Assembly (NCBI GenBank): GCA_024679065.1
Contig: JAGIQG010000031.1
Location: 22,568,001-22,632,000, forward strand
Direction: 5' to 3'
Source: Sphyrna mokarran
Lineage: Eukaryota
Length of the DNA stretch: 64,000 nt
Shown here: in pieces, positions 27,009-39,365 of the stretch
Numbering within the stretch: position 1 is the first letter of the stretch
Layout of the letters: each line of letters starts with the position of its first letter
The notes under the pieces: generated by a model
Database searches by the model: none
Told to the model about the DNA's origin: nothing
The model's input: only the letters and a program-made list of their open reading frames with translations
Made by a program: the position numbers and the translations under genes

Positions 27009-27057
27009 AATAAACCATTCTGAAGATTGATTGGTGTCACATTTAATAACAAATAAA
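27009..27057 (+). terminator. Candidate POLB polyadenylation signals (AATAAA at 27009 and 27052)
   Basis: Two AATAAA hexamers about 240-280 nt after the POLB stop; which is used cannot be told from sequence. Confidence 0.6.
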
Positions 27058-29099
27058 AAATGCAATATTAAATACAAAATATGATTAATGAATACTGTTT
27101 GTAAAACTAGCAAGACTAAAGGAATGCAGATATAGAGGTCAGCTGACCTTCAACGACACAAACTACAATGACCGTTATTATTGGACCTTTTCCACAGTTC
27201 AGGTAATTTAACATATAATATCCTAACATCACCCTTTGGCTTGTTTTTTAAAATGCTTGTAATACAGTCTATGAATTATGTGTTTCAAGAACTCATTACA
27301 AAGCCAACAAGAGTCGGCACAAATCTTAGTGGCTTACACTTTGCAAGCCTTAGATAATGTGCTATATACACCGATAAAAGCTTCACAAGTATTTACATTC
27401 AGTGGCTGTGAATGATATTCAAAGCTCCTGTATATATGGCATACAGTGAACAAAGGTTCATACTGCACTCTCACCTCGTTCTCTATGGCAGTGTATGTTG
27501 CCATAGAGTTGTGAATGCTGCAAGTAACCTGCAGTAGTGCATGGAACACAACTTCCATGCAATTGGTGCAAGCATCATGCAATTCATCTTTAATATTGAG
27601 TGGCGTTTCTTTGAGTGCAGTGAGCTGATTCTAGCATAACTAGTTTATTTATTGTGTTCCTTAAAATATAGCAGACATTGTGTTGCAGTGAGTTAAAAGT
27701 TGGGCAGTTTAAAATGAAAGAAAATAGATGTATCATATTATTAGTGTAGAATTGCAGGCGCTTTCCGAATACACGGGAAGTTTTGATATGCTGCGCATAT
27801 TCTGCAGACGCGATGCAATGATTGAGGAAGAAAAGATGATAACTGTATATGAAAAATTACCTGAACACACAAGATCTTAAGTTTGTGATATTGTAAGAAA
27901 CTAATAAGAACTAGCAAAATATTTTCAGCTACAAGACCAGGATTTGAAGGTAAACTCCATTTTGGAGCTGGGGCTGTAATACATAATTTTGATTATTCAC
28001 CATAAACTAACCATAGTGATGGTATGGAGCAAAATGTGCTTTGTGATGGGAAAGGCACCTTGAATTTTATTGAATCTCAGGAGATGAATATTTGGCAGTT
28101 TTGGAAAACTCCAATAAACTTCGAGGTTACTGATTAACTGATAGTTGTTCTGGTATAAGTAGTTATTTGTGAACACTTCTGTAAAGTTTGTCAAACTGGT
28201 TAATTAGTAATCCAATAATTTACTTGTATCTTTCAGGCTTTCACACATTTTAGCCCATTTATAATACAGACAGAAGATTATGCGTATGAATCCAAACTTT
28301 CTCAAACAATTTCAAAATTAATGTAAAGCTGTTAAGAAGAGCTCGCAGGGGAAGGGAAGACTGTCCTTCACTACAGGAAATTGCAGCAAGACTTCCTTGG
28401 AATTGGGGTTAAATTGTATCTGTACAGGTTTGAAGTGAGGAATTATTGGTTAAATGCCATACAACTTTGAACTGATCTGATATGTGATTATGGATAGGTC
28501 CTGCCCAACATGTCAGTAGATATAGTATTTGAAATGGCACAAGCTTTTCTGCAGGTGTTTAATAGATTACTCTCTACAATCCCTGAACAGAACCTGCCAT
28601 TTCCTGCACGTTTGCTCACAGTCCAAGACTTCCACTTTGATTTATTTTAAAATGTATTATTTAATGGGAGGTGAGCGTCACTGACAGAGCCAGCATTTTT
28701 GGCCCACACCTCATTATCCTTGACCTGTGTGACTTGCTAGGCCATTTCAAAGAACAATTGAGAACTAACTACTTTGTTGTCGGCCAGACGAGGGAAGGAT
28801 AGCAGATTTCCTCCCCTGATGGACATTAAGAGATGAAGCACCACCGTTGCTTGGTGGTGCTGAATAGCTTTCTTGCACCTAGTCTATATTTAAGATGCTT
28901 TATCTGAGTAATGTTCATCATGTGTGATGTGTGTTACAATCATTTTCAAACATGTATGACAAATAATGACACACATCATTCTATAATTAACAGGGTAACG
29001 GATTACATTGATGGTGTTAAAGTATTCTTATAAAAGGCTGCATTTTTTTTTGATTTTTAGTTTTTAAATAACATTTCACCATACATGACCCATCAATTG

Positions 29100-29630
29100 T
29101 ATTGGACAATAAAATCAAGATGTTTGCACTATTGTGAGCAGTTTTGGGCCCTGTTTCTAAGGAAGGATGTGTTGGACTTGGAAAGAGTTCAAAAGAGGTT
29201 CACAAGAATGATCCCTGGAATGAAAATTTAGTCATATGAGGAATGGTTGAGGACCCTAGGTCTGTACTCATTGGAGTGGATCTTACAGGATACTGCGAGG
29301 CCCAAATACAGTGGATGTGGGGAGGATGTCTGTGCTGGTAGGAAAATCTCCAATTAGAGGGCACAACCTCAGGTAAAGGGACGATTCTTTAAAATAGAGA
29401 TGAGGAGGAATTTCTTCAGCCAGAGAATAGTGAACCCATGGAACTCTTTGCCATGGAAGCTGTGGAGCCCAGGTCAGTGAGTGTCTTTAAGACAGAGATA
29501 GATAGGTTCTTAATTAGTAAGGGGATCAGAGGTTATGGAGAAAGGGCCGGAGAATGGGGATGAGAAAAATATCAACCATGATTGAGACTCAATGGGCCGA
29601 GTGGCCTAACCTTGATCCTATGTTTTATGA
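29100..29630 (+). mobile_element. CR1 LINE 3' fragment, short-UTR type
   Basis: Degenerate ORF2 end and tail gggccgagtggcctaa...ctatg; matches 63205-63563. Confidence 0.85.
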
Positions 29631-31389
29631 TTTTATGTTTTGTATAAGGAGTCTTCATAATGCTGCACAAAAAGCTCATGCTCTCCAAGAGTTAGCCTAT
29701 GTGTACCCAGCCCTCAGTAACTAATTAGTCATATTGAAAGATGAATTTAACAGACAACTTTGCAGGAAATGTTGTTTTGAATAGTACATTATTCTAAATC
29801 TGCATAATGTGTCATGGAACAGTCGGATGTAGAGATGCATCTTCATTTGTAACATGGTGGTTTTGGGGTGGGAAGGGAATAGATTGGCAAGCACAGGTCA
29901 TAGGAGGGGGAGAGAGAAAGAGAGAAAGTTGACGGGCAAAACATCTTGAGCAGCTCTATTGCATCTGCTCTGACTGGCTGCTATGTGGAGAATATACACC
30001 CTGAAACTGATGAATATGTAAAGAAATGAATTCTATGGATTTGAAGACTTGTCAGATGCTACAACTTCACAGAAGCTTGAGAGAAAATCACCATGTTGTT
30101 TCAGGGCTGAAGAATGAAACAGTAAAAGGTAACATTAGATTTAAACTGTGGAGTATCGGCAAGAGACAGGATGTGAAGAGAAGAATTGGTGAATTCTTGG
30201 TAATACTGATGTCAGTCAAATATTATTAATGAGTTTCAGCAAATTAATAAGACAAATTACATAATTAATTTTCTTCCGTGTGTATTTTTTTTTGATCAGG
30301 TGAAATGGATGCTAAACACGTAGAGGATGGTATCCAAATATTTTCAGACACTAGTTCAAAAGCAGAGTAAAAATCATTCAGATCTTGATGTGATTCATAA
30401 TCCCATGACTTTGGCAATTGTGTGACACTTTCCAGACTAACCCTAAAATAAAATTAATTCCTTAATCACAGAAGAATTTTCTTTATCAGTACTTTTAGTT
30501 ACCGAGATCTGGGTATGCACAGGCTCCCTGTAGGAGAAACTGTAAGATTAAAAAATATTGCAGCTTTATATTAGAGAGAAAATAAATGGCAGCCAGTGGT
30601 TACAGATGTGAAATACAAGCCAGTAAACAATGAAAGAAACAGGGTAATGCTTCACCTGTGGACCCTTCATCAATTCTATCATAGCCTCGCCCAAATTGCG
30701 AATTTCGTTTTTACCAGTTCAGCTGACCTGCCAAACAGTTTCAACATTTCAGTTTAAAGTTTATTTATTAGTGTCATAAGCAAGTTTACATTACACTGCA
30801 ATGAAGTTACTGTGAAAATCCCCTAGTCACCACACTTGGGCAGCTGTTCGGGTACACAGAGAGAATTTAGCACCTATCCAGCACATCTTTTGGACTGTAG
30901 GAGGAAATACTTGCAGATGGGGGGAGAATGTGCAAACTTTACATAGACAGTAACCCAAGCTAGGAATCGAACCCGGGTCTTCTGGCACTGTGAGGTAACA
31001 GTGCCATCCCATGCTTTAATTTAACACTTTTAGCATGTTTCGGTAATTCAAAGTAGTTTTCTGCTCTCACCCTCCCAAGCTAGGGATGTTTTCACCTTTT
31101 ATGTATGATTCAGATTGCTTTGCACAAACACAGCTCAAGTTGAAAAGGACACAATGTCAAACTATACTGCTGGACTATTTTCTCATCTCAAATGACCTTT
31201 GTATGGAACTTTCCCTTACTTGATTGAAATACTGCATTGGTTGGTTCTGCCCTAAATCTGTGTTCTCTGTTACTTCTTGAGACTGGGACACCATCTTAGT
31301 CTACCAAATAATTTTGACACAATCAGTTAATATTTCTTCCGACACATACACCATGTTAGACTTCAAGTGCTTCACCTCACAAAGCTCAT

Positions 31390-31395
31390 TTTAAT
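31390..31395 (-). terminator. Candidate DKK4 polyadenylation signal (ATTAAA)
   Basis: ATTAAA on the - strand about 130 nt after the DKK4 stop; variant hexamer only. Confidence 0.35.
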
Positions 31396-31525
31396 AACTT
31401 TTGTGTCCATTCTGATGCATTTTATGTTTTGTTTAAGATTTAAATTTAGTTTTAACTGGTGCAAAAACTGATCTTAGCAATTTGTGATGTTATTAAACCA
31501 AGAGTTTGGACCTGGGTCTCTTTCC

Positions 31526-31776
31526 CTAGACAGGTTGGCAGACCCGTAGCCTGTTATTTTTTGATGAGCCTTGGTTTTGGTTACGGCAGGCTAATCCTGG
31601 GCCACAGTTGCATCGTTGAAAGATCTCTGGTCCCTGTGGGCCTTCTTTACGAGCCCGTTTCGAGCAAACCTGCCCCTTTTCCAGTACAGGCCGACAAATC
31701 TTTGACCAGTGGTAACGAGCACAACACAATCCAGGAGAACAGTCTGATGTTCGCAAGCATGTCTCTCCTTCCAATC
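31526..31776 (-). CDS. DKK4: Dickkopf-4 exon 4 (colipase-fold CRD2) to stop
   Basis: tgttgcAG|ga; (G)[82 protein letters not shown]; 10 Cys; CLRT, Q.PEIFQRC and RLRVCQ are DKK4-like; adjacent to POLB as in human. Confidence 0.96.
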
Positions 31777-32019
31777 CTGCAACATGTAAAGAATATTTCT
31801 TATCAGTATAATCTAACAAGAATAATGCATTTGATAGTCAGCTGGTACGGTACATGCTGAACAGGTCAAGGAAAAAAATTTCCCCTTCCACCTGCCCCTA
31901 GTAGTGTGTAGTTGATGAATCAATCAATGCCAGCTATCTGTGTACAATACCCAGTAGAATAAAGAAATAATTCATTTGGAAATGGTATTTTATGGTTTTG
32001 TGTGTGTCAACTCACAAAA

Positions 32020-32530
32020 GTTGAGTTACCAAGTTTCTGGTCACCCCTTCATAGAAAGGATATTATTAAACTAGAAGTGCAGAAAAGATTTACTAGAGTG
32101 CTACCGGGACTTGATGCTTTGAGTTATTAAGAGAGGCTGGATAGACTGGGACTTTTTTCTCTGGAGCGTAGAAGGTTGACAGGTGATCTTACAAAAGTCT
32201 ATAAAGTAATGAGGGACATAAATCAGCTAAATAGTCAATATCATTTCCCAAACATTGGGGAGTCTTAAGACTGGAGGGCATAGGTTTAATGTGAGAGGGG
32301 AGAGATTAAAAAAGGGACCAGAGGGGCAGTTCTTTCACACACAAGGTGGTGAGTGCCCAGAATGAGCTGCCAGAGACAGTAGCAAAATTTTTGTCTTTTA
32401 AAAGCCACTTAGACAGTTACATGGGTAAGATGGGTAGAGAGGGATTTGGGACTAGCTTAGCGGTTAAACAAAGGGATGTCCTGGACAAGTTGGGTCAAAG
32501 GGCCTGTTTCTATGCTGTGAACCTCTGTGA
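32020..32530 (+). mobile_element. CR1 LINE 3' fragment
   Basis: Degenerate FWSP...LGLFSLERRRL-GDL coding remnant and tail aagggcctgtttctatgctgt. Confidence 0.8.
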
Positions 32531-33336
32531 CAAAGTGAAACTGAGCAATTCACTGTGAACCCATTCATACAAGCTATTGAATCCGGTGTCAGCTACTGAA
32601 CATTTACTCTTCCAAAGACAGAATCTTCATGTGTTTATTCACTGCCTTTGTATCAATTCACCAGAATCATTTATCTTTCTAAAGTTCATCTTGTATTTTA
32701 TTTTGAATTACAGACAAGGAAATGTACCTTCAAATCCTCCCAAATGACACTTCAGTCGTTCATGGTTCCTTTTAACATACCATTCCAAATGAATTGCTCT
32801 TGCATTTCATCTGACAAAGGCATATATATCTCTATAGCTTTAGAGCATAAATTTCTAATATTAAGAAAGAAGTTGCATTTATGTAGCTAAAAGAGCTTGA
32901 AGTTCTACCTTGTATCTAAGTCTTTGTCAAACTTGAGCATATATGTGTGTCATGGTTTCAATGTAAAGTACTCACTTGGAGGTGAGACTGACTCATTTTA
33001 GTTGGTTAATGTACTCATTAGCAAACTTGCATTAATTTAAATGGTTTACAATTATTTTCAGCTTCATACAGATTTCATTCCAAATGTTTCCCTGTGTTAA
33101 CACCTATCAACGGTATTTCAGTTTGCCCTGCTGTTTATCCTTTTGAGATAGGAAATAAATACTTCAAGAATTGGCTCACAAAATCCAGGAGAGAACTTCA
33201 CAAATTCATTAGCAACATCACAGAGAAATTATTTCATGAAATTAGGTCACCCTAAAACTAACCAAGAACTGGTGTATGAGATGCACTTTCAACATATGCT
33301 ACTGCAAGGTTAATAGTCTGAGAATGACCCTACAGT

Positions 33337-34580
33337 GAACAAAGAGCAACACAGCACGGGAAACAGGCCCTTCAGCCCAACGAGCCCGCGCTGCCGTCCT
33401 AATGTCTTAATGACATATCCATGACTTTAGGCTATGCCTATTGTGCAAGATTCCCATATAGGGACCAATATAGGGACAATTTGTTACCCAATCAGCCTAA
33501 GAGCACATTTTTGGGATGTGGGAGGAAACCGGAGCACCCGGAGAAAACCCACGCAACCACGGGGAGAACGCGCAAACTCCCGCAGACACAGGCCCAAATC
33601 CATGTGTCTGCACAGCAACAGCGATAGTCTCTGAGCTGTCATGTTGCCCATCAGATGGTCCAGTTTAAGCATACACTAACGACTTGAAGCACTAGGCCAC
33701 TCCTGAAGCAACATCCAAGAGCAGCCCTCGCACGACCTGCCGAATGCATGCACCTTGTTGGTCAACAAGGTGGACCGAATTGCCTGTGGAAACAAATAAG
33801 ATATTTAGACAGTCCTGCTACATCCCTCTATCTGCAGACCGCTCATGTGGCTGTCCAAGAGACCCTTAAACAACCCTAGCGTGCCTGCTCCCACCACCTT
33901 ACTCGGCAGTGCATTCCACACCCCCACTACCCTTTGTGCCCTCTAATATTCGTCTTATACATAGCCCCCCTCACCCTAAGGCCGTGACCCCTCGTTCTAT
34001 CCATTTCTAATGGTGGAAAAAGCTTACCACTATTTACTCTATCTATACCCTTTATAATCTTATATACCTCTATTAGATCCGCTCTCAGCCGACGTCTTTC
34101 AAGGGAAAGCAACCCCAGTGCGTTCAATCTTTCCTCATAAGACAGCCCTTCCATACCAGGCAGCATCCTGGTAAATCTCCTCTGCACTCTCTCCAAGGCC
34201 TCCACATCCTTCTGGTAGTATGGCGACCAGAACTGGACACAGTACTCCAAGTGAGGCCTAACCAATGTTCTATACACTTGCAACATCAGACTCCTACTCT
34301 TGTATTCTATTACCCCTTCCTATGAAGGCTAGCATAGCTTTCTTTATCACATTCTCCACCTGTACTGACACCTTCAGAGACTTGTGAACCTGCAGAGAGA
34401 CTTGTCTCTCTGCGTCTCTATATTCCGGATAGTTTTACCTTTTATCCTATAACTCCCCTCTACATTATTCCGGCCAAAATGCATCACCTCGCATTTATCT
34501 GGATTAAATTCCATTTGCCATCTATCTGCCCAATCTACCAGCCTATCTATGTCCTGTTGTATTGCCTGGCACTGCTCCAG
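33337..34580 (-). mobile_element. CR1 LINE 3' portion with long 3' UTR containing the V-SINE core domain
   Basis: ORF2 C-terminus LVRPHLEYCVQFWSPYY...LERRRLRADLIEVYKI and WADRWQMEFNPDKCEVMHFG; about 470-nt UTR. Confidence 0.92.
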
Positions 34581-34626
34581 TGGCACAGTGAAAACGAAGA
34601 TTCCACAGTTAAATATTTATGGTAAG

Positions 34627-34872
34627 ATGAAAAGGTAAGAACTTTGTAATCATATCTCCATAATGAGTTTTGTATTTTTCAATGCTTAACTGTGATCATA
34701 GTGCTAGGTTGCACCAGTGCCATCTATTTATTGCACTATTTATTGCAGAATGAAAAGGTAAGAATTTCGTAATCATATCTCTGTGATGAGTTTTGTATTT
34801 TTCTCTGCTCAAATAGCAACAATGTGTTTGACTTTAACTGTGATTACAGCACTAGATGGCACTAATGCAACA
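34627..34872. repeat. Imperfect direct duplication (~120 bp) with an internally inverted 19-mer
   Basis: atgaaaaggtaagaa...gtaatcatatctc...atgagttttgtattttt occurs twice; 34708-34726 is the reverse complement (17/19) of 34853-34871. Confidence 0.85.
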
Positions 34873-35960
34873 CTGACTTAATTTGGTAGATTTAGAGAAG
34901 TACAGACAAAGGTAAACATCCACTAACATGAAGTTAATTCTATTTTAGTAGAGTTGCATGAATATTCAATTAAGGACACAACTGATGGTCAATTGGATGA
35001 GCAAAAGTTGTGCTCATAAAACACTCGGGGACACATCATTATGGGTGATATTGGAACTACATCAAAATGTAGCTCGAACATCAGCTGGATAGTGTTCAAA
35101 AATAGAAATTGGAACATTAATCCGGAGTTTCTCTACACCTTAACTTTGTTTCTTGTTCCTTATTCATTTGTGTTATTCTGTTAAAGGGTTTTGCTACCAA
35201 AAATAGGTTAAATTTTTCAGAAAATATAGGATGTTTAAATGTTGGTAATTAGGTGTGTCTTTCCCATCTTTTTGTTCAATTTTGAACAATTTCTAAAAAT
35301 AATATTAACAAAAGGAAAGGTGGTCTGGGCAGTTTGATTGCCTATGGAGTGGGAGATGATTTTTACAAATGATTTTACTCTGTAATTGCAGTAAATTCAG
35401 GGTGCTCTTCTGGCAGACTTACAGATTCATAGAATTTTAATGTGCAGAACCACCATTTGGTTCATCAATTCTGCACTGATCACAATCCCACCCAGGCCCA
35501 ATGCCCATAACTCCATACATTTTACCCCAGCTAGTCCCCCTGACATGGTAGGACAATTTAGCATGGCCAATTCACCTAACCTGCATATCTTTGGATTGTG
35601 GAAGAACCTGGAGGAAACCCACTTAGACATGGGGAGAATGTGCAAATTCCATGCAGACAGTGACCCAAACTGGAGAATCAAATCTGGGTCTCTGATGCTG
35701 TGAGGCAGCAATGCTAACCAGTGTGCCACCGTATTGTCCAATTATTTGATCAATCTTTGTTTGGTCTTCTATCCTGCTGTCTTCCCCTTTGACTCAAATT
35801 TTATCTGATAACATCATGTTTAGTACATTGGGACATTGTACATTGCTAATTATAGAATCCTATTTGTCCCATCAAGTCTGCAAAAGAATATCTTATCCAG
35901 GCTCAACCCCTTGCTCTAGCTCATAACCCAGAAATATTTATCTCACTAATCCCCCTAATT

Positions 35961-36175
35961 TTGGGACATTAAGGGGCAATTTAGTATAGCTAATCCACCA
36001 ACCTACACATCTTGGGACACCAAGGGGCAAATTTAGCATGCCTAATTCACCTAACCCACACATCTTTGGACACTGAGGGGCAACTTAGCACAGCTAATTC
36101 ACCTAACCTACACATCCTGGGATGCTAAGGGGCAATTTAGCATGGGACAATTCACCTAACCTACTCATATTTGGC
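35961..36175. repeat. Four ~51-bp tandem units inside a V-SINE
   Basis: Unit ~ggacactaaggggcaatttagcatggctaattcacctaacctacacatcttt, present four times. Confidence 0.85.
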
Positions 36176-37669
36176 CTATAGGAAAAAACCGGACTACATG
36201 GAGGAAATCCACACAGACACTGCAAGAACATCCAAACTTTGTACAGACTGTCACCCAGGCTGCAATTGGACCTGGTTACCGGCACTGTGAGACAGCAGTG
36301 CTAACCATTGTGCCACCTCTATGTAAATGTAAATTATTGCTGGTAGCTGTGTGTACTGTGACACAATCAAAAAGATAAAACTCCATGAAGCATTAGGAGC
36401 CTATATTAGTTGATGTTATGTTATTATTTAGTAGTCTCTGTGTAACACTTCAGCAAAGCCTAATAGTCCACAGAAAATATCTCAGCATCAATGTTTTAAT
36501 CATTTGTGACCATGCTTGACAGACAAATTAGGAGTATTACATATTAAAAAGTCTTGCATATTATCACTCTATTGAGAATATTTCAGATGTATGAAACTTA
36601 ATAGCCGGTGAAATTGGCTTTCAAACCCTTAAAAAAAACATTGCTATCATTGGAATAATTGGACACTGACAACATCAGATGAGGAAATTTGGCCTAAACC
36701 TTACCAACTCATCCATCCCACAATTGGCTAGGTTCCCAGAGTGTAAATCTCCCTTGGCCTTAGGTGGGATTTTACAATCTCACCTGACTGAGGCCATAAA
36801 ATCCTGCCCATTGTGTTTATATTGGTCAACAATGAATGCCTCAGTTTAATCCCACCTTCCAGCTCTGTGTCATTGGCCCTTCCAAATCATGGCTTTACAA
36901 ATAGACATCCAAGCTCCTTTTAAATGTGGTGAGAGCTTCTATCTCTATCACACTTTCAAGCAGCGAGTTCCAGCTCCCTTACCACCTTTAAGTTTAAAAA
37001 AACTGTTTCATTATCAACGCTCTAAATTTAAGTTTACTTATTAGTGTTACTAGTCGGCTTACATTAACACTGCAATGAAAACACTACTGCGAAAATCCCC
37101 TTAGTCACCATCCTCCAGTGCCTGTTTGGTTACACTGAGGGTGAATTTAGCATGGCCAATGCACTTAACCAGCATGTCTTTTGAAATGTGAGAGGAAATT
37201 GGAGCACCTGGAGGAAACCCATGCCAACATGGGGAAAACTGCACAGTGACCCAAGCTGGGAATCAAACCAGGTCGTTGTTACTGTGAGGCAGTAGTGCAT
37301 GCCTCTGTGCTGCCCTAATCCTTTAGCACTTACTTCCAATCTATTATTCATCTCTCTATTATTCACATCCAATCTCTCCTCAAGCTATGGTCTAACTAGT
37401 TAGTGGTGTGTATACTTCAAGCAAAACTCCCTTGCTCTTGAAGTCTGTGCTTTGTCCCAGCCAAATACAAAGTCAAATACTAACCACAGAAGTAGTGATC
37501 TTTTAGCTATTCAGCCAGTCCATGCTTGATTGAACCCCAATGAACTCTGCCACAAAGCAATGATCCAACTGGGAATTTATAGAAAAGAAATGTTTTTCCA
37601 ACCTCTCTAATTAAGTACTAATACAAAAAATTTGATCTAAAACATTCAGGGTTCCCAAACAAATCTTGA

Positions 37670-37998
37670 ATTCTATCTATCTACACTTCCACTGCTTTGG
37701 CAAAGCAACCAGTATAAATAAAGGCCCTACGGACTTTCTCTCTCCACTTTCTTCCGTCAAGAAAAAGATGCAAAAGTGTGAGGTCACATATCAATGACTC
37801 AAAAACAGCTTTTTCCCTGCTGCTGTCAAACTTCTGATTGGACTTACCTTGTATTAAGTTAATCTTTCTCTACACCTTAGCTATGACTGTAACACTGTCT
37901 CTATGAACAATTTTCCTATTTGTATAGCACACAAGAAACAATATACTTTTCTCTAAATGCTAATACATGTGACAGGAACAATTCAATTCAAATCAAAT
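37670..37998 (+). mobile_element. Rex1/Babar 3' fragment
   Basis: Same 3' UTR as 20900-21231 (taagttaatctttctctacacc...tacatgtgac...aaatcaaatc). Confidence 0.8.
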
Positions 37999-38854
37999 CT
38001 GTGCTAAATGAATTAGTGTCCACTTCAATGGGGGTGCTCCAGTTAGCCTAAATGCTTGTGCACTAGTGAGTGGCAAAATTAAGGTTCTCAACAGTGATCG
38101 TGATTCAGCACAAAGTGAGAACAAGATCAGACTTGGCTATGGAACCTCCTGCCGACATTCCAGTATAACAAATGGGTATGTGGATGAATATCAGATTGTA
38201 ATTGTTGCTTATGAAACCTCAGCAGAGCTTCCACAAGCTATTCTAATCTGCAGTGTAACATGAGTAGAAGATGAGAGGAAACCCCAGTGAAATAGCATGT
38301 AACAGATGCTGAGGAATCCCCCACCCCTCAACAATTTTGCCTGTGTCTTTAGGAGACAAAGGAAGATAATTGATCATGGTGGCGCCAATGTGAAAGCTTC
38401 TAGAAAAAAACATGCCTGATGCAGCCAAACAGAAACCTTACCACCTCTGATTAAATGTATGAGATGTTGATCTGGTTTGGTATTGATTGCAATACCAAAT
38501 TGCAATTGATCCAATATTTGGATGGATAATGAATAATGGGATCTGTGAATTAATCTTGACACAGTACCATTTTACTGAAAAGTATCCTGTAACACCACCT
38601 GATTGTCCTTTCCACCAGTAGCTAGATTACATAGAAAATCCATCAGATGATTTGAGTCTTAGACCAAAACCAGCCCGTGATTTACTTAACAGAGAATAGC
38701 TAAATGGACAATGCTCAAATCAACACTGTGTTCTTGGTAATTTGCTACCGTTTTTGATTAATGAAGTTCAAAGTTGCACCCCGAACCAATTTCCAACATA
38801 ACCAGCTTCATGAAAATGGTTGCTAACGTCTTGAATGCTGAAAGGTTACCATGG

Positions 38855-39365
38855 CTGATTTGATTTATTATTGTCACATGTATTAACATACAGTGAAAAG
38901 TATTGTTTCTTGCACACTATACAAAGCATACCATTCGCAGAGAAGGTAACGAGAGAGTGCAGAACGTAGTGTTATAGTCGTAGCTAGGATGTAGAAAAAG
39001 ATCAACTTAGTGCAAGGTAAGCCCATTCAAAAGTCTGACAGCAGCAGGGAAGATACTGTTCTTGAATCAGTTGGTACGTGACCTCCGACTTTTTGTATCT
39101 TTTCCCGATGGAAGAAGGTAGAAGAGAGAATGTCCGGGATGCTGACAGCTTTACTGAGACAGTGGGAAGTGTAGACAGTGTCAGTGGATGGAAGGCTGGT
39201 TTGTGTGACGGATTGGGTTTCATTTACAACCTTGTGGTCTTAGGCAGAGCAGGAGCCGTACCAAGCTGTGATACAACCAGAAAGATTTCTATGGTCGTCT
39301 GTAAAAGTTGGTGAGAGTTGTAACTGACATGCCAAATTTCCTTAGTCTTCTGAGAAAGTAGAGGC
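38855..39365 (-). mobile_element. Rex1/Babar 3' fragment
   Basis: Reverse complement of the Rex 3' end (gatttgatttattattgtcacatgtatt...). Confidence 0.85.

Noticed and set aside
27438-27500. Iron-responsive element (CAGTGN loops)
   Set aside because: Neither CAGTG is flanked by the required 5-bp upper stem with a bulged C.
28837-28861. Perfect 9-bp hairpin agcaccacc/ggtggtgct
   Set aside because: Isolated, next to a SINE breakpoint; one such stem in 64 kb is plausible by chance.
31526-31776. Assignment as DKK1 or DKK2
   Set aside because: Short N-terminus (ALVLDSNTIRSS), DKK4-like CRD1 spacing, CLRT/PEIFQRC/RLRVCQ and POLB adjacency all favour DKK4.
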